Assembly: GCA_013823655.1 (NCBI GenBank)
Contig: PNMN01000001.1
Coordinates: forward strand, 1 to 51,682
From: Comamonadaceae bacterium
Lineage (GTDB): Bacteria > Pseudomonadota > Gammaproteobacteria > Burkholderiales > Burkholderiaceae_C
Length of the DNA: 51,682 bases
Direction: 5' to 3'
Each line of letters begins with the position of its first letter. The first letter of the stretch is position 1. Under the pieces are notes generated by a model. That model had not been told where the DNA came from. It saw only the letters and a program-made list of their open reading frames with translations, and ran no database searches. Below are positions 8,939 to 21,694 of this stretch, piece after piece. A program made the position numbers and the translations under genes.

Positions 8939-9036
8939 TCCGGAGCAGCAACAACAGAGCGAAGCTGTGTCATTCCAAAGCGGTTGAATGGATCAACCAC
9001 TCTGGAATGGCATCGTGTTCTGGGTTGTGTTTCCGG
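8939..9036 (+). promoter_or_regulatory. Long pnp leader stem-loop (probable RNase III processing/autoregulatory element)
   Basis: Core GTGTCATTCCAAAGCGGTTGA / TCAACCACTCTGGAATGGCAT, extended by CCGGAGCA..CAGAGC / GTTCTG..TTTCCGG. Same position as the E. coli pnp leader hairpin. Confidence 0.7.
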
Positions 9037-9106
9037 GTTTTGTGCAGGTGATCTGCACGCCACGCTGCCCACCCTTTGAACGCAGGGCAGCACAGAGGAG
9101 AAACCC

Positions 9107-11239
9107 ATGACCATGTTCAACAAAGTCACCAAAACCTTCCAGTGGGGCCAGCACACGGTCCGCATGGAAACCGGCGAAATCGCCCGCCAGTCCAGCGGCG
9201 CCGTGCTGCTCGACATGGACGGCACCGTGGTGCTGGCCACCGTGGTCGCCAAGACCGACGCCAAAGCCGGCCAGGACTTCTTCCCGCTGACCGTGGACTA
9301 CCTGGAAAAGTCCTACGCCGCCGGCAAGATCCCGGGCAGCTTCTTCAAGCGCGAAGGCCGCCCGAGCGAGTTTGAAACCCTGACCAGCCGCCTGATCGAC
9401 CGCCCGATCCGCCCGCTGTTCCCCGAAGGCTTCTTCAACGAAGTCCAGGTGGTGATCCACACCGTGTCGCTGAACCCGGAAGTCGATGCCGACATCGCCG
9501 CCCTGATCGCCACCTCGGCCGCCCTGTCCATCAGCGGCATCCCGTTCAATGGCCCGATCGGCGCCGCCCGCGTGGGTTATGTGAATGGCCAGTACGTGCT
9601 GAACCCGGGTCAGACCGAGCGTTTGAACAGCCAGATGGACCTGGTGGTCGCTGGCACGCAAGCCGCCGTGCTGATGGTCGAATCCGAAGCCCAGCAACTG
9701 AGCGAAGAAATCATGCTGGGCGCCGTGGTGTTCGGCCACGAGCAGGGCAACATCGCGATTGCCGCCATCAACGAACTGGTGCGTGACGCCGGCAAGCCCG
9801 AGTGGAGCTGGACCGCGCCGCCCAAGGACGAAGCCCTGATCGCCAAGATCGACGGCCTGGCCAAAGCCAGGCTCGAAGCGGCTTACCAGATCCGCAACAA
9901 GCAGGCCCGCACACAAGCCTGCCGCGTGGCCTATGCCGAGGTGATGAGCGCGCTCAAAGCCGAAGGCGTGACCTTTGACAGCGTGGCCATCGAAGGCCTG
10001 CTGTTCGAGATCGAAGCCAAGATCGTGCGCGGCCAGATCCTGGCCGGCGAGCCCCGCATCGACGGTCGCGACACCCGCACCGTGCGCGGCATCGAAATCC
10101 GCAACAGCGTGCTGCCGCGCACCCACGGTTCGGCCCTGTTCACGCGCGGCGAAACCCAGGCCCTGGTGGTTGCCACGCTGGGCACCGACCGCGACGCGCA
10201 GCGCATCGACGCCCTGTCGGGCGACTACGAAGACCGCTTCATGCTGCACTACAACATGCCTCCCTTCGCCACCGGCGAAACCGGTCGCGTGGGCAGCCCG
10301 AAACGCCGCGAAATCGGCCACGGCCGCCTGGCCAAGCGCGCGCTGATCGCCGCGCTGCCGAGCAAGGAAGACTTCCCCTACACCATGCGCGTGGTGTCGG
10401 AAATCACCGAGTCCAACGGCTCCTCGTCCATGGCTTCGGTCTGCGGCGGCTGTCTGGCGCTGATGGACGCCGGCGTGCCCATGAAAGCCCACGTGGCCGG
10501 TATCGCCATGGGCCTGATCAAGGACGGCAACCGCTTCGCCGTGCTGACCGACATCCTGGGTGACGAAGATCACCTGGGCGATATGGACTTCAAGGTCGCC
10601 GGCACCACCAACGGCGTGACCGCGCTGCAGATGGACATCAAGATCCAGGGCATCACCAAGGAAATCATGCAGGTCGCGCTGGCCCAGGCCAAGGAGGCGC
10701 GCATGCACATCCTGGGCGTGATGCAGGAAGCCATGGGCGAAGCCAAGACCGAGGTGAGCAACTTCGCGCCCAAGCTCTACACGATGAAGATCAACCCGGA
10801 AAAAATCCGCGACGTGATCGGCAAGGGCGGCGCCGTGATCCGCGCGCTGACCGAAGAGACCGGCTGCCAGATCAACATCGACGAAGACGGCACCATCACC
10901 ATCGCCGCCACCGATGCCGCCAAGGCCGACGAAGCCAAGCGCCGCATCGAGCAGATCACCGCCGAAGTGGAAATCGGCAAGGTCTACGAAGGCCCGGTCA
11001 CCAAGATCCTGGACTTCGGCGCCCTGATCAACCTGCTGCCCGGCAAGGACGGCCTGCTGCACATCAGCCAGATCGCCCACGAGCGCGTCGAGCGCGTGAC
11101 CGACTACCTGTCCGAAGGCCAGATCGTCAAAGTCAAGGTGCTCGAGACCGACGAGAAAGGCCGCGTCAAGCTGTCCATGAAAGCGCTGATCGACCGCAAC
11201 GCCGCGCCGGCCGAGCAGTCTGCTCAGCAGCAGCAATAA
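9107..11239 (+). CDS. pnp: Polyribonucleotide nucleotidyltransferase (PNPase)
   Basis: [47 protein letters not shown], then KH and S1 domains. Confidence 0.99.
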   Translation: MTMFNKVTKTFQWGQHTVRMETGEIARQSSGAVLLDMDGTVVLATVVAKTDAKAGQDFFPLTVDYLEKSYAAGKIPGSFFKREGRPSEFETLTSRLIDRPIRPLFPEGFFNEVQVVIHTVSLNPEVDADIAALIATSAALSISGIPFNGPIGAARVGYVNGQYVLNPGQTERLNSQMDLVVAGTQAAVLMVESEAQQLSEEIMLGAVVFGHEQGNIAIAAINELVRDAGKPEWSWTAPPKDEALIAKIDGLAKARLEAAYQIRNKQARTQACRVAYAEVMSALKAEGVTFDSVAIEGLLFEIEAKIVRGQILAGEPRIDGRDTRTVRGIEIRNSVLPRTHGSALFTRGETQALVVATLGTDRDAQRIDALSGDYEDRFMLHYNMPPFATGETGRVGSPKRREIGHGRLAKRALIAALPSKEDFPYTMRVVSEITESNGSSSMASVCGGCLALMDAGVPMKAHVAGIAMGLIKDGNRFAVLTDILGDEDHLGDMDFKVAGTTNGVTALQMDIKIQGITKEIMQVALAQAKEARMHILGVMQEAMGEAKTEVSNFAPKLYTMKINPEKIRDVIGKGGAVIRALTEETGCQINIDEDGTITIAATDAAKADEAKRRIEQITAEVEIGKVYEGPVTKILDFGALINLLPGKDGLLHISQIAHERVERVTDYLSEGQIVKVKVLETDEKGRVKLSMKALIDRNAAPAEQSAQQQQ

Positions 11240-11258
11240 GCGTTCTGCTGCCGAGCCG

Positions 11259-12265
11259 ATGCAAGCGGTCGAGATCAGCGCTTTTGGCGCACCCGAAGTC
11301 CTGCGCCTGACCGAGCGTCCGGCGCCGGTCGCCGGTGCGGGTGAGGTGCTGGTCCGCGTGCGCGCTTCGGGCGTGAACCGGCCCGACGTGTTGCAGCGCA
11401 GCGGCGCCTATCCGCCGCCGCCCGGCGCCTCCGACCTCCCCGGTCTGGAAGTGGCGGGTGTCATCGAATCGGGCGACGCGGCGGCCATGGCTGCGGCGGG
11501 CTTCCAGATCGGTGATCGTGTGTGTGCACTGGTGACTGGCGGTGGCTACGCCGAATACTGTGTGGCACCCGTGGGTCAATGCCTGCCGGTGCCTGCGGGC
11601 TTTGACGATGTGCAGGCCGCCTCGCTGCCCGAGACCTTCTTCACCGTCTGGAGCAATGTGTTCGACCGGGCGCGTTTGCAGCCCGGCGAGACCTGTTGAT
11701 CCAGGGCGGCACCAGCGGCATCGGCGTGACCGCGATCCAGCTGGCAAAAGCCATGGGTGCGCGCGTGATCGCCACCGCAGGCAGTGACGAAAAGTGCGCG
11801 GCCTGTCTGGCGCTCGGTGCCGACCACGCCATCAACCACAAGACGCAAGACTTTGCGGCGCTGGCGCGTGATCTCACGGACGGGCAGGGCGTCAATGTGG
11901 TGCTCGACATGGTGGCCGGCAGCTACGTGGCGCGTGAAGTTGAATGCCTGGCCGAAGACGGTCGGCTGGTGATCATCGCGGTGCAAGGTGGCGTCAGGGC
12001 CGAATTCAATGCCGGTCTGGTGCTGCGCCGTCGCCTGGTCATCACCGGCTCGACGCTGCGTCCGCGTCCGGTCGCGTTCAAGGCGGCGATTGCCTCTGCG
12101 TTGCGCGCCCAGGTGTGGCCGCTGCTGGAGCAGGGGCGGGTCAAGCCCGTCATTCACAGCGTGTTCGATGCCTCGAAGGCGGCCGAGGCGCATGCCTTGA
12201 TGGAAACGAACCAGCACATCGGCAAGATCGTGCTGACCTGGGCAGAATCGTGGAGCTTGAAGTGA
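11259..12265 (+). pseudogene. NAD(P)H-quinone oxidoreductase (PIG3/zeta-crystallin MDR family), frameshifted near 11693
   Basis: N-half GVNRPDVLQRSGAYPPPPGASDLPGLE and C-half QGGTSGIGVTAIQ...HIGKIVL are in different frames. Adding one C (GAG ACC [C]TG TTG ATC CAG) restores ETLLIQGG. May be a sequencing indel. Confidence 0.85.
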
Positions 12266-13011
12266 ACAAAAAACTGATCGCAGGCAACTGGAAAATGAAT
12301 GCTTCGTTGAGCACCAACGACGCCCTGGTGAAGGCGATGCTCGATGGCCTGCAAGGCGCAGTGCCTGCAGTCGACATGGCCTTGTGCGCGCCAGCGCCGT
12401 ACCTGGCGCAGTTGCAAACCCTGCTGCAGGGCAGCCCGATTGCCTGGGGGTCGCAAGACGTGTCGGCACACGAACAGGGCGCCTACACCGGCGAGGTGAG
12501 TGCGGGCATGCTGAAGGACTTCGGCTGTCGCTACGCCATCGTCGGCCATTCGGAGCGCCGCCAGTACCACGGTGAGACCGATGCCGTGGTGGCGGCCAAA
12601 GCGCAGCGGGCGCTGGCCGCAGGCATCACACCCATCGTCTGCGTGGGGGAAACACTCGCTGAGCGCGAAGCCGGTGAAACCGAAGCCGTGGTCAAGCGCC
12701 AGCTCGCCGCCGTGATCCATGTGGTGGCGCACTGCACCAGCGAAATCGTGGTTGCCTACGAGCCTGTCTGGGCCATCGGCACCGGCAAAACCGCCACGCC
12801 CGAGATGGCGCAGGCGGTGCATGCCGTGCTGCGTGCCCAGCTGGCTGCGGCCACACAGCACCCCGAGCGCGTGCGCGTTCTCTACGGCGGCAGCATGAAC
12901 GCTGCCAATGCCGCCAGCCTGCTGGCACAGCCTGACATCGATGGCGGGCTGATCGGCGGCGCTTCGCTGAAGGCCGCCGACTTTCTTCAAATCGTGGCGG
13001 CGGCTCGCTGA
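12262..13011 (+). CDS. tpiA: Triosephosphate isomerase
   Basis: GTG start overlapping the upstream stop; [33 protein letters not shown]. Confidence 0.98.
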   Translation: MNKKLIAGNWKMNASLSTNDALVKAMLDGLQGAVPAVDMALCAPAPYLAQLQTLLQGSPIAWGSQDVSAHEQGAYTGEVSAGMLKDFGCRYAIVGHSERRQYHGETDAVVAAKAQRALAAGITPIVCVGETLAEREAGETEAVVKRQLAAVIHVVAHCTSEIVVAYEPVWAIGTGKTATPEMAQAVHAVLRAQLAAATQHPERVRVLYGGSMNAANAASLLAQPDIDGGLIGGASLKAADFLQIVAAAR

Positions 13012-13047
13012 GCCAGCCCGAAACACCTTTCCTTTTCGGAGAAAAAA

Positions 13048-13449
13048 ATGAACATCCTGCTGACCCTTTTTCAAGCCGTTCAGATACTCACCGCGATCGC
13101 CATGGTGGTCTTGATCCTCATGCAACACGGCAAAGGTGCCGACGCGGGTGCCGCTTTTGGCGGTGGCGGTGCCGGTTCGGCCAGCCTGTTTGGCGCATCG
13201 GGCAGTGCCAACTTCCTGTCGCGCACCACGGCGGTCCTGGCGGCCGTGTTCCTGGCCAGCACGCTGGGGCTGGCGTATTTTGGCAACCTGCGCACCACTC
13301 CCACCGGTTCGGGCAGCGTGCTCGAAGGCGCTGCGGTGCCGGTGCAGTCACCCGCTGCGCAGCAGATACCGGGCAGCCGCGAAACGCCCGTCACAGTCAC
13401 GCCGGCCGTTCCGACCGGCACGGGCGCCGCACAGATCCCTGGTCAATAA
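13048..13449 (+). CDS. secG: Preprotein translocase subunit SecG
   Basis: LILMQHGKGADAGAAFG...SLFGASGSANFLSRTT; tpiA-secG-tRNA-Leu synteny. Confidence 0.96.
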   Translation: MNILLTLFQAVQILTAIAMVVLILMQHGKGADAGAAFGGGGAGSASLFGASGSANFLSRTTAVLAAVFLASTLGLAYFGNLRTTPTGSGSVLEGAAVPVQSPAAQQIPGSRETPVTVTPAVPTGTGAAQIPGQ

Positions 13450-13463
13450 CCGGGGGGAGTACA

Positions 13464-13496
13464 ACAGGCCCGCAAGCCGCAGCGGGCCTGTGTTTT
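13464..13496 (+). terminator. Intrinsic terminator after secG
   Basis: ACAGGCCCGC-loop-GCGGGCCTGT followed by GTTTT. Confidence 0.65.
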
Positions 13497-13629
13497 GCGC
13501 TGCAGCAACCCAACCAGCTTGGTTTGAAAAACCGATGCATCTGTTAAAAAGAGCGGGTGATTCAGGGTAAACTCTATGGGTTGTCAGCAAGGCTCACACC
13601 GTTCCTCGTGAGCCCGACAAGCAGACCTG

Positions 13630-13714
13630 GCCGACGTGGTGAAATTGGTAGACACGCTATCTTGAGGGGGTAGTGGCGAAAGCTGTGCGAGTTCGAGTCT
13701 CGCCGTCGGCACCA
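13630..13714 (+). tRNA. tRNA-Leu (anticodon GAG)
   Basis: Acceptor stem GCCGACG/CGTCGGC, anticodon arm CTATC-TT-GAG-GG-GGTAG, long variable arm, GTTCGA T-loop, encoded ACCA end; 85 nt. Confidence 0.97.
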
Positions 13715-13759
13715 ATCTTTGGAAACATGGCCCCACGCCATGTCAGTGGACATACCAAG

Positions 13760-14119
13760 ATGAGTCTCGAACAATACCTTCCTGTGCTTCTGTTTGTTCT
13801 GGTTGGTATTGCCATTGGGATCGTTCCGCAGGTCCTTGGCTACATCCTCGGCCCCAACCGCCCGGATGCCGAGAAAAACTCCCCCTACGAATGCGGCTTC
13901 GAGGCTTTCGAAGACGCGCGCATGAAGTTCGATGTGCGCTACTACCTGGTGGCCATCCTCTTCATTCTGTTTGATCTCGAGATCGCATTTCTGATTCCCT
14001 GGGCGGTGGCCTTTTCCGACATTGGTGCCACCGGTTTCTGGGCTGGTGTGGTCTTTCTGGCGATCCTGGTTGTGGGCTTCGTCTACGAATGGAAAAAGGG
14101 CGCGCTGGACTGGGAGTGA
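13760..14119 (+). CDS. nuoA: NADH-quinone oxidoreductase subunit A
   Basis: [27 protein letters not shown]. Confidence 0.97.
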   Translation: MSLEQYLPVLLFVLVGIAIGIVPQVLGYILGPNRPDAEKNSPYECGFEAFEDARMKFDVRYYLVAILFILFDLEIAFLIPWAVAFSDIGATGFWAGVVFLAILVVGFVYEWKKGALDWE

Positions 14120-14184
14120 TCGCGCCTGCGGGGTCGGATTTTGTATTGCGCGCACGTCCCTGATGGGTCGCACTGGAGCTGCAG

Positions 14185-14664
14185 ATGATTGAAGGTGTTT
14201 TCAAGGAAGGGTTCGTCACCACCAGCTACGACGCGGTGGTGAACTGGGCCAAGACCGGCTCGCTCTGGCCCATGACCTTTGGTCTGGCTTGTTGTGCGGT
14301 GGAGATGATGCACGCGGCCACGGCGCGCTACGACATCGGCCGCTTCGGGGCCGAGGTGTTTCGCGCCAGTCCGCGCCAGTCCGATCTGATGATCGTCGCC
14401 GGTACCTTGTGCAACAAGATGGCGCCCGCCCTGCGCAAGGTGTACGACCAGATGGCCGAACCGCGCTGGGTGCTCTCCATGGGTTCCTGCGCGAACGGCG
14501 GGGGTTATTACCACTACAGCTACTCCGTGGTGCGCGGTTGCGACCGCATCGTGCCGGTGGATGTGTACGTGCCGGGCTGTCCGCCCACGGCCGAGGCGCT
14601 GATCTACGGGATCATGCAGCTGCAGCAAAAAATCCGCCGCACCAACACCATTGCGCGCGCCTGA
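14185..14664 (+). CDS. nuoB: NADH-quinone oxidoreductase subunit B
   Basis: [30 protein letters not shown]. Confidence 0.98.
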   Translation: MIEGVFKEGFVTTSYDAVVNWAKTGSLWPMTFGLACCAVEMMHAATARYDIGRFGAEVFRASPRQSDLMIVAGTLCNKMAPALRKVYDQMAEPRWVLSMGSCANGGGYYHYSYSVVRGCDRIVPVDVYVPGCPPTAEALIYGIMQLQQKIRRTNTIARA

Positions 14665-14705
14665 GCGAGCTCGTTGTTCACAGGCTCCATTCAGAAAGTC
14701 GGTCC

Positions 14706-15326
14706 ATGAGCGAAACCGTCATCTCCTACACCACCCCGCCGCAGAGCATCGCGGCATCTTTGTCTGCCCTGCTCGGCGCGCGCGCGCAGACGATCAAGGT
14801 CGAACGGGGTGAGGTCACGCTGGAGGTCGCCGCAGCCGACTACCTGGCCGTCATGCAGACCCTGCGCGATGCGCCCGAAGCCCGCTTTGAACAGTTGATC
14901 GACCTGTGCGGCATGGATTACTCCACCTATGGCGATGGTCGCTGGGAGGGGGCGAGATTCGCTGCCGTGGTGCACCTGCTGTCGGTCGGCCTCAACCAGC
15001 GCCTGCGGGTTCGGGTGTTCTGCCCGGAGGACGATTTCCCGTTGCTCGATTCGGTGACCTCGCTCTGGAGTTCGGCCAACTGGTACGAGCGTGAGGCCTT
15101 CGATCTGTACGGCATCGTGTTCCAGGGCCACTCCGATCTGCGCCGACTGCTCACCGACTACGGTTTCATCGGCCACCCGTTCCGCAAGGATTTCCCACTC
15201 TCGGGTCATGTGGAAATGCGCTACGACGCCGAACGCCAGCGCGTGGTCTATGAGCCGGTGACCATCGAGCCGCGAGAGGTCACGCCACGCGTGATCCGCG
15301 AAGACAACTACGGAGGCCTGCACTGA
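14706..15326 (+). CDS. nuoC: NADH-quinone oxidoreductase subunit C
   Basis: [34 protein letters not shown]. Confidence 0.96.
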   Translation: MSETVISYTTPPQSIAASLSALLGARAQTIKVERGEVTLEVAAADYLAVMQTLRDAPEARFEQLIDLCGMDYSTYGDGRWEGARFAAVVHLLSVGLNQRLRVRVFCPEDDFPLLDSVTSLWSSANWYEREAFDLYGIVFQGHSDLRRLLTDYGFIGHPFRKDFPLSGHVEMRYDAERQRVVYEPVTIEPREVTPRVIREDNYGGLH

Positions 15327-15327
15327 T

Positions 15328-16581
15328 ATGGCCGAAATCAAGAACTACACCCTGAACCTGGGGCCGCAACACCCAGCGGCGCACGGGGTGCTGCGTCTGG
15401 TGCTGGAGCTCGACGGCGAGGTCGTGCAGCGCGCCGACCCGCACATCGGCCTGCTGCACCGTGCCACCGAAAAGCTGGCCGAGCACAAGACCTTCATCCA
15501 GTCGCTGCCCTACATGGACCGGCTGGATTACGTCTCGATGATGTGCAACGAGCACGCTTACTGCCTGGCCATCGAGAAGCTGCTGGGCATCGAGGTGCCG
15601 CTGCGCGCCCAGTACATCCGCGTGATGTTCAGCGAGATCACCCGCCTGCTCAACCACCTGATGTGGCTGGGTTCGCACGGCAACGACTGCGGTAGCTCGA
15701 CCATCCTGATCTACGCGTTCCGCGAGCGCGAAGACCTGTTCGACATGTATGAAGCCGTGTCCGGTGCGCGCATGCACGCGGCCTATTTCCGTCCGGGTGG
15801 CGTCTACCGCGATCTGCCGGACACCATGCCGCAGTACAAATACAGCAAGATCCGCAACGCCAAGGCGATGGCGGAAATGAACACCAACCGCCAGGGTTCG
15901 TTGCTCGATTTCATCGACGACTTCACCCAGCGTTTTCCGACCTACCTCGGCGAGTACCACACGCTGCTGACCGACAACCGCATCTGGAAGCAGCGCACGG
16001 TCGGCATCGGTGTCGTCACGCCCGAGCGCGCACTCAACCTCGGCATGACCGGCCCCATGCTGCGCGGCTCCGGCATTGCCTGGGACCTGCGCAAGAAGCA
16101 GCCGTACGACGTGTACGACCAGATGGACTTCGACATCCCGGTCGGCAAGACCGGCGACACCTACGACCGCTACCTGGTCCGCATGGAAGAGATGAAGCAG
16201 TCCAACCGCATCATCAAGCAGTGTGTGGACTGGCTGCGCGTGAACCCAGGCCCGGTGATCACCGACAACCACAAGGTGGCGCCGCCCTCGCGCGAGGCCA
16301 TGAAGTCGAGCATGGAGGAGCTGATCCACCACTTCAAGCTCTTCACCGAAGGTTTTCACGTGCCCGAAGGCGAGGCCTACGCGGCGGTGGAGCATCCCAA
16401 GGGCGAGTTCGGCATTTATCTCGTGAGCGATGGTGCCAACAAACCCTACCGCCTGAAGATTCGCGCCCCGGGCTTCGCTCACCTGGCCACCATGGACGAG
16501 ATGGCGCGTGGCCACATGCTGGCCGACGCCGTGGCGATCATTGGCACCATGGACATCGTTTTTGGAGAGATTGACCGATGA
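15328..16581 (+). CDS. nuoD: NADH-quinone oxidoreductase subunit D
   Basis: [19 protein letters not shown]-terminal DIVFGEIDR. Confidence 0.98.
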   Translation: MAEIKNYTLNLGPQHPAAHGVLRLVLELDGEVVQRADPHIGLLHRATEKLAEHKTFIQSLPYMDRLDYVSMMCNEHAYCLAIEKLLGIEVPLRAQYIRVMFSEITRLLNHLMWLGSHGNDCGSSTILIYAFREREDLFDMYEAVSGARMHAAYFRPGGVYRDLPDTMPQYKYSKIRNAKAMAEMNTNRQGSLLDFIDDFTQRFPTYLGEYHTLLTDNRIWKQRTVGIGVVTPERALNLGMTGPMLRGSGIAWDLRKKQPYDVYDQMDFDIPVGKTGDTYDRYLVRMEEMKQSNRIIKQCVDWLRVNPGPVITDNHKVAPPSREAMKSSMEELIHHFKLFTEGFHVPEGEAYAAVEHPKGEFGIYLVSDGANKPYRLKIRAPGFAHLATMDEMARGHMLADAVAIIGTMDIVFGEIDR

Positions 16582-17102
16582 TCTCTGACCGCACTCCCGT
16601 GACAGCGATGCAACTGTCCGATGCCACGCAGCAGCGCTTTGCCCGCGAAGTCGCCAAGTACCCGGCCGAACAGGCGCAGTCCGCCGTCATGGCCTGTCTG
16701 TCCATCGTGCAGCAGGAGCAGGGCCATGTGAGCCTGGAAGCCGAGATGGCGATTGCCGCCTACCTGGGCATGCCGGTCATGGCCGTGCACGAGGTCACGA
16801 CCTTCTACAACATGTACAACCAGCGACCGGTGGGCAAGTACAAGCTCAACGTCTGCACCAACCTGCCGTGCCAGTTGCGCGACGGCCAGCAGGCGTTGCA
16901 CCACCTGGAGCACAAGCTGGGCGTGCACATGGGCGAGACCACGGCCGATGGCCTGTTCACGCTGCAGCAGAGCGAATGCCTGGGCGCCTGCGCCGACTCG
17001 CCGGTGATGCTGGTCAACGATCGCCACATGTGCAGCTTCATGAGCAATCACAAGCTCGACCAGCTGATCGACGGCCTGAAGAAAGCGGAGGGCCAGGCAT
17101 GA
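16578..17102 (+). CDS. nuoE: NADH-quinone oxidoreductase subunit E
   Basis: VCTNLPC and ECLGAC 2Fe-2S ligands. Confidence 0.97.
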   Translation: MISDRTPVTAMQLSDATQQRFAREVAKYPAEQAQSAVMACLSIVQQEQGHVSLEAEMAIAAYLGMPVMAVHEVTTFYNMYNQRPVGKYKLNVCTNLPCQLRDGQQALHHLEHKLGVHMGETTADGLFTLQQSECLGACADSPVMLVNDRHMCSFMSNHKLDQLIDGLKKAEGQA

Positions 17103-18460
17103 ACGCCAGCCAAGTGTTGTCCCAGTTCAGCGCCACGGGTGTGCAGACCTGCTTCCATGGCCGCCACATCGAGCCTCAGATCTACAAGGACTTGAACGGC
17201 AGCAACTGGTCGCTCAAGGACTACGAGGCGCGTGGCGGCTACCAGGCCCTGCGCAAGGTGCTGGGCCTGGATGGCTCGGCACCGAACCCCGAAACCGGCG
17301 TGGCTGGCATGACGCAGGATCAGGTGATCGCCACCGTCAAGGAGTCGGCCCTGCGCGGTCGTGGTGGTGCCGGCTTCCCCAGCGGCCTGAAGTGGAGCTT
17401 CATGCCGCGCCAGTTCCCGGGCCAGAAGTACCTGGTGTGCAACTCCGACGAGGGCGAGCCGGGCACCTGCAAGGACCGCGACATCCTCATGTACAACCCG
17501 CACATCGTCATCGAAGGCATGGCGATCGCGGCCTACGCCATGGGCATCAGCGTGGGCTACAACTACATCCACGGCGAGATCTTCGAGGTGTACGAGCGCT
17601 TCGAAGTCGCGCTGGAAGAGGCGCGCGCTGCGGGGCTGCTGGGCAAGCACATCCTGGGCAGCAACTTCAGCTTCCAGTTGCACGCCTTTCATGGTTTTGG
17701 CGCCTACATCTGCGGCGAAGAAACCGCGCTGCTCGAATCGCTCGAAGGCAAGAAGGGCCAGCCGCGCTTCAAGCCGCCGTTCCCGGCCAGCTACGGCCTG
17801 TACGGCAAACCCACCACGATCAACAACACCGAGACCTTTGCGGCGGTACCCTGGATCATCCGCAACGGCGGCTCGGCTTATCTCCAGTGCGGCAAACCCA
17901 ACAACGGCGGCACCAAGATTTATTCGGTCAGTGGCGACGTCAACCTGCCGGGCAACTACGAGGTGCCCATGGGCACGCCGTTTGCCAAGTTGCTGGAGCT
18001 CGCCGGCGGTGTGCGCACCGGTCGCACGCTCAAGGCGGTGATTCCCGGCGGTTCGTCTTCGCCGGTGCTGCCCGCGTCCGTCATCATGGACTGCACCATG
18101 GACTACGACTCGATCGCCAAGGCCGGTTCCATGCTGGGATCGGGCGCGGTGATCGTGATGGACGACTCGCGCTGCATGGTCGAGTCGCTCAAGCGCCTGT
18201 CGTATTTCTACATGCACGAATCCTGCGGCCAGTGCACACCCTGCCGCGAAGGCACGGGCTGGCTCTGGCGCCTGGTCGACAAAATCCAGCGCGGCGAAGC
18301 CAGGCCCGCCGACATGGACCTGCTGGACAACGTGGCCGAGAGCATCATGGGTCGCACCATCTGTGCCCTCGGCGATGCCGCAGCCATGCCGGTGCGCGCC
18401 ATGCTCAAGCATTTCCGTCACGAGTTTGCGGCCATGATCAAGGCCGACGCCACCGCCTGA
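17099..18460 (+). CDS. nuoF: NADH-quinone oxidoreductase subunit F
   Basis: [36 protein letters not shown]. Confidence 0.97.
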   Translation: MNASQVLSQFSATGVQTCFHGRHIEPQIYKDLNGSNWSLKDYEARGGYQALRKVLGLDGSAPNPETGVAGMTQDQVIATVKESALRGRGGAGFPSGLKWSFMPRQFPGQKYLVCNSDEGEPGTCKDRDILMYNPHIVIEGMAIAAYAMGISVGYNYIHGEIFEVYERFEVALEEARAAGLLGKHILGSNFSFQLHAFHGFGAYICGEETALLESLEGKKGQPRFKPPFPASYGLYGKPTTINNTETFAAVPWIIRNGGSAYLQCGKPNNGGTKIYSVSGDVNLPGNYEVPMGTPFAKLLELAGGVRTGRTLKAVIPGGSSSPVLPASVIMDCTMDYDSIAKAGSMLGSGAVIVMDDSRCMVESLKRLSYFYMHESCGQCTPCREGTGWLWRLVDKIQRGEARPADMDLLDNVAESIMGRTICALGDAAAMPVRAMLKHFRHEFAAMIKADATA

Positions 18461-18476
18461 AAGTAGACGAGACACC

Positions 18477-20600
18477 ATGGTTGAAATCGAACTCGACGGC
18501 CAGAAGGTCGAAGTGCCACCCGGCAGCATGGTCATGCACGCGGCCGAAAAGGCCGGCACCTACATCCCGCACTTCTGCTACCACAAGAAGTTGTCCATCG
18601 CGGCGAGCTGCCGCATGTGCCTGGTGGAAGTGGAAAAGGCGCCCAAGCCCATGCCCGCCTGCGCCACGCCCGTGACCATGGGCATGATCGTGCGCACCAA
18701 GTCCGACAAGGCCATCAAGGCCCAGCAGTCGGTGATGGAGTTCCTGCTCATCAACCACCCGCTGGACTGCCCGATCTGTGACCAGGGCGGTGAATGCCAG
18801 CTGCAGGATCTGGCCGTGGGCTATGGCGGCGGCGCTTCGCGTTACGAAGAAGAAAAGCGCGTGGTCTTCCACAAGGACGTGGGTCCGCTGATCTCCATGG
18901 AGGAAATGAGCCGCTGCATCCATTGCACCCGCTGCGTGCGATTCGGCCAGGAGATCGCCGGTGTGATGGAGCTGGGCATGTCGCACCGGGGCGAACACGC
19001 CGAGATCGAGACCTTCGTCGGCCAGTCGGTGGACTCCGAGCTGTCGGGCAACATGATCGACATCTGCCCGGTGGGTGCGCTCACCAGCAAACCATTCCGC
19101 TACAGCGCCCGCACCTGGGAGCTGTCGCGCCGCAAGTCGGTGAGCCCGCACGACTCCACCGGCGCCAACCTGATCGTCCAGGTCAAGAACCACCAGGTGA
19201 TGCGTGTGGTGCCGCTGGAGAACGACGCTGTGAACGAGTGCTGGATCGCCGACCGCGACCGTTTCAGCTACGAAGCCGTCAACAGCGAAGACCGCCTGAC
19301 CGTGCCCATGCTCAAGCAGGGTGGCGCGTGGAAAACGGTGGACTGGCAGACCGCACTCGAATACGTGGCCAACGGCCTCAAGCAGGTCAAGGCCGAGCAT
19401 GGCGCGAACGCCGTGGGCGTGCTCGCCAGCCCGCACAGCACGCTGGAAGAGCTGACCCTGGCCGGCGCGCTGGTGCGCGGGCTGGGCAGCCAGAACATCG
19501 ACGCCCGCCTGCGCCACGCCGATTTCAACAACACCGCAGCGGCTGGCACGGCCCGCTGGCTGGGCATGCCCATCGCCAGCCTGTCGTCGCTGCAGCGTGT
19601 GCTGGTGGTCGGCTCCAACCTGCGCAAAGACCATCCGCTGTTTGCGCAACGCATTCGCCAGGCCGCTCGCAAGGGCGCACAGGTGAGCGTGCTCAACGCC
19701 GCGTCGCAGGACTGGGCGATGGCGCTCAAGAACGAGGTGCTGATCGACAGCACGCACTGGGTGGCCGCACTGGCCGGTATTGCCAACGCCGTCGGCGCCG
19801 AGACCGGTGTGCTCGCGCCGGTGGCCGCTGAGGTGAACGATGCCGCCCGCGCGGTGGCCAAGTCGCTGCTGGGTGGCGAGCACAAGGCCATCTTGCTGGG
19901 CAACGCTGCGGCACACCACGCGCAAGCTTCCAGCCTGCTGTCGCTGGCCAACTGGATCGCGCAGCAGACCGGTGCCACCGTGGGCTACCTGACCGAGGCC
20001 GCCAACACGGTGGGCGCGCAGCTCGTGAACGCTGTGCCAGGGCAGGGTGGCCTGAACGCCGGACAGATGCTCGGTGGCGCCCTCAAGGCGGCGATCCTGC
20101 TCAACACCGAACCGGCTTTTGACAGCGCTGCGGGCGCCGAGGGTCTGAAGTCTGCGGGCATGGTGGTCACGCTCAGCCCGTTCAAGACCAACCTGGACAT
20201 CAGCGATGTGCTGCTGCCCATCGCCCCATTCACCGAAACCTCGGGCTCCTTCGTCAATGCCGAAGGACGCCTGCAAAGTTTCCACGCCGTGGTGCGCCCG
20301 CTCGGCGATACACGACCGGCCTGGAAAGTGCTGCGGGTGTTGGGCAATCTGCTCGGTCTGCCGGGTTTCGATGCCGACTCCTCGCAGGCCGTGCTGGCGG
20401 CAGCCCTGCCCGGCGTGACCGCCGGTCAGTGGCTGGATGCATCCCGGCTGTCCAACGCCGGCGGCGCCTTCATCGACATGAACCCGATCCCGGGGCAACC
20501 CTGCGTGGCCTCGATCTACCAGCTGGACTCGCTGGTGCGGCGCGCCAGCTCGCTGCAGCTCACCGCCGACGCCCGCGCAGCAGAAGGAGCACACGCATGA
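18477..20600 (+). CDS. nuoG: NADH-quinone oxidoreductase subunit G
   Basis: [31 protein letters not shown]. Confidence 0.97.
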   Translation: MVEIELDGQKVEVPPGSMVMHAAEKAGTYIPHFCYHKKLSIAASCRMCLVEVEKAPKPMPACATPVTMGMIVRTKSDKAIKAQQSVMEFLLINHPLDCPICDQGGECQLQDLAVGYGGGASRYEEEKRVVFHKDVGPLISMEEMSRCIHCTRCVRFGQEIAGVMELGMSHRGEHAEIETFVGQSVDSELSGNMIDICPVGALTSKPFRYSARTWELSRRKSVSPHDSTGANLIVQVKNHQVMRVVPLENDAVNECWIADRDRFSYEAVNSEDRLTVPMLKQGGAWKTVDWQTALEYVANGLKQVKAEHGANAVGVLASPHSTLEELTLAGALVRGLGSQNIDARLRHADFNNTAAAGTARWLGMPIASLSSLQRVLVVGSNLRKDHPLFAQRIRQAARKGAQVSVLNAASQDWAMALKNEVLIDSTHWVAALAGIANAVGAETGVLAPVAAEVNDAARAVAKSLLGGEHKAILLGNAAAHHAQASSLLSLANWIAQQTGATVGYLTEAANTVGAQLVNAVPGQGGLNAGQMLGGALKAAILLNTEPAFDSAAGAEGLKSAGMVVTLSPFKTNLDISDVLLPIAPFTETSGSFVNAEGRLQSFHAVVRPLGDTRPAWKVLRVLGNLLGLPGFDADSSQAVLAAALPGVTAGQWLDASRLSNAGGAFIDMNPIPGQPCVASIYQLDSLVRRASSLQLTADARAAEGAHA

Positions 20601-21679
20601 TCGACGCGATGTACAACGCCGGCCTGGGCCTCTCCGCCGCAGCGTGGTGGACGAGCGGCGCCTGGCCGGTGATCTGGAGCCTGATCAAGATCGTGGCCGT
20701 GCTGGCCCCGCTGATGGGCGCGGTGGCCTACCTCACGCTGTGGGAGCGCAAGCTGCTCGGTTTCATGCAGGTGCGCCTGGGTCCCAACCGCGTCGGGCCG
20801 TTTGGTCTGCTGCAGCCGATTGCCGACGCCGTCAAGCTGCTGACCAAGGAAATCATCAGCCCCAGCGCGGCCGCGCCCGGTCTGTTCCGCCTCGGCCCCA
20901 TCATGGCCATCATGCCGGCGCTGGCCGCCTGGGTGGTGATACCGTTCGGCCCCGAGGCCGTGATCGCCAACGTCAACGCCGGCATCCTCGTGATCCTGGC
21001 CATCACCTCGATCGAGGTCTACGGCGTGATCATTGCGGGCTGGGCGTCGAACTCCAAGTACGCCTTCCTGGGGGCGATGCGCGCATCGGCCCAGATGGTG
21101 AGTTACGAAATCGCCATCGGCTTCTGTTTCCTGGTGGTCGTGATGACGGCGGGCAGCCTGCACCTGGGCGAGATCGTGGCCTCGCAAGCCCGAGGCATGG
21201 GCGCGGACATGGGGCTGAACTTCCTGTCCTGGAACTGGCTGCCGTTGTTCCCGATTTTCGTCGTCTACCTGATCTCCGGCGTGGCCGAGACCAACCGCCA
21301 CCCGTTTGACGTGGTCGAGGGCGAGGCCGAGATCGTGGCCGGTCACATGGTCGAGTACTCGGGCATGGGTTTTGCCATCTTCTTCCTGGCCGAATACGCC
21401 AGCATGTGGCTGGTGTCCATCCTGGCGGTGCTGATGTTCCTCGGCGGCTGGCTGCCGCCGGTCGACAGCGCACTGTTCAACTGGATTCCGGGCTGGATCT
21501 GGCTCGGCCTCAAGACCTTCTTCGTGGTGTCCCTGTTCATCTGGATTCGCGCCACCTTTCCGCGCTTTCGCTACGACCAGATCATGCGTCTGGGCTGGAA
21601 GATATTCATCCCGATCACGCTGATCTGGCTGGTGCTGGTGGGCGGCCTGATGCAGACCTCGTGGAACCTCTGGAAATAA
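20597..21679 (+). CDS. nuoH: NADH-quinone oxidoreductase subunit H
   Basis: [37 protein letters not shown]. Confidence 0.97.
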   Translation: MIDAMYNAGLGLSAAAWWTSGAWPVIWSLIKIVAVLAPLMGAVAYLTLWERKLLGFMQVRLGPNRVGPFGLLQPIADAVKLLTKEIISPSAAAPGLFRLGPIMAIMPALAAWVVIPFGPEAVIANVNAGILVILAITSIEVYGVIIAGWASNSKYAFLGAMRASAQMVSYEIAIGFCFLVVVMTAGSLHLGEIVASQARGMGADMGLNFLSWNWLPLFPIFVVYLISGVAETNRHPFDVVEGEAEIVAGHMVEYSGMGFAIFFLAEYASMWLVSILAVLMFLGGWLPPVDSALFNWIPGWIWLGLKTFFVVSLFIWIRATFPRFRYDQIMRLGWKIFIPITLIWLVLVGGLMQTSWNLWK

Positions 21680-21694
21680 GCAGGGCGAACGACC

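Noticed and set aside
13630-13760. tRNA-Leu as an integration site for an island
   Set aside because: nuoA follows directly; I saw no integrase and no duplicated tRNA 3' end.
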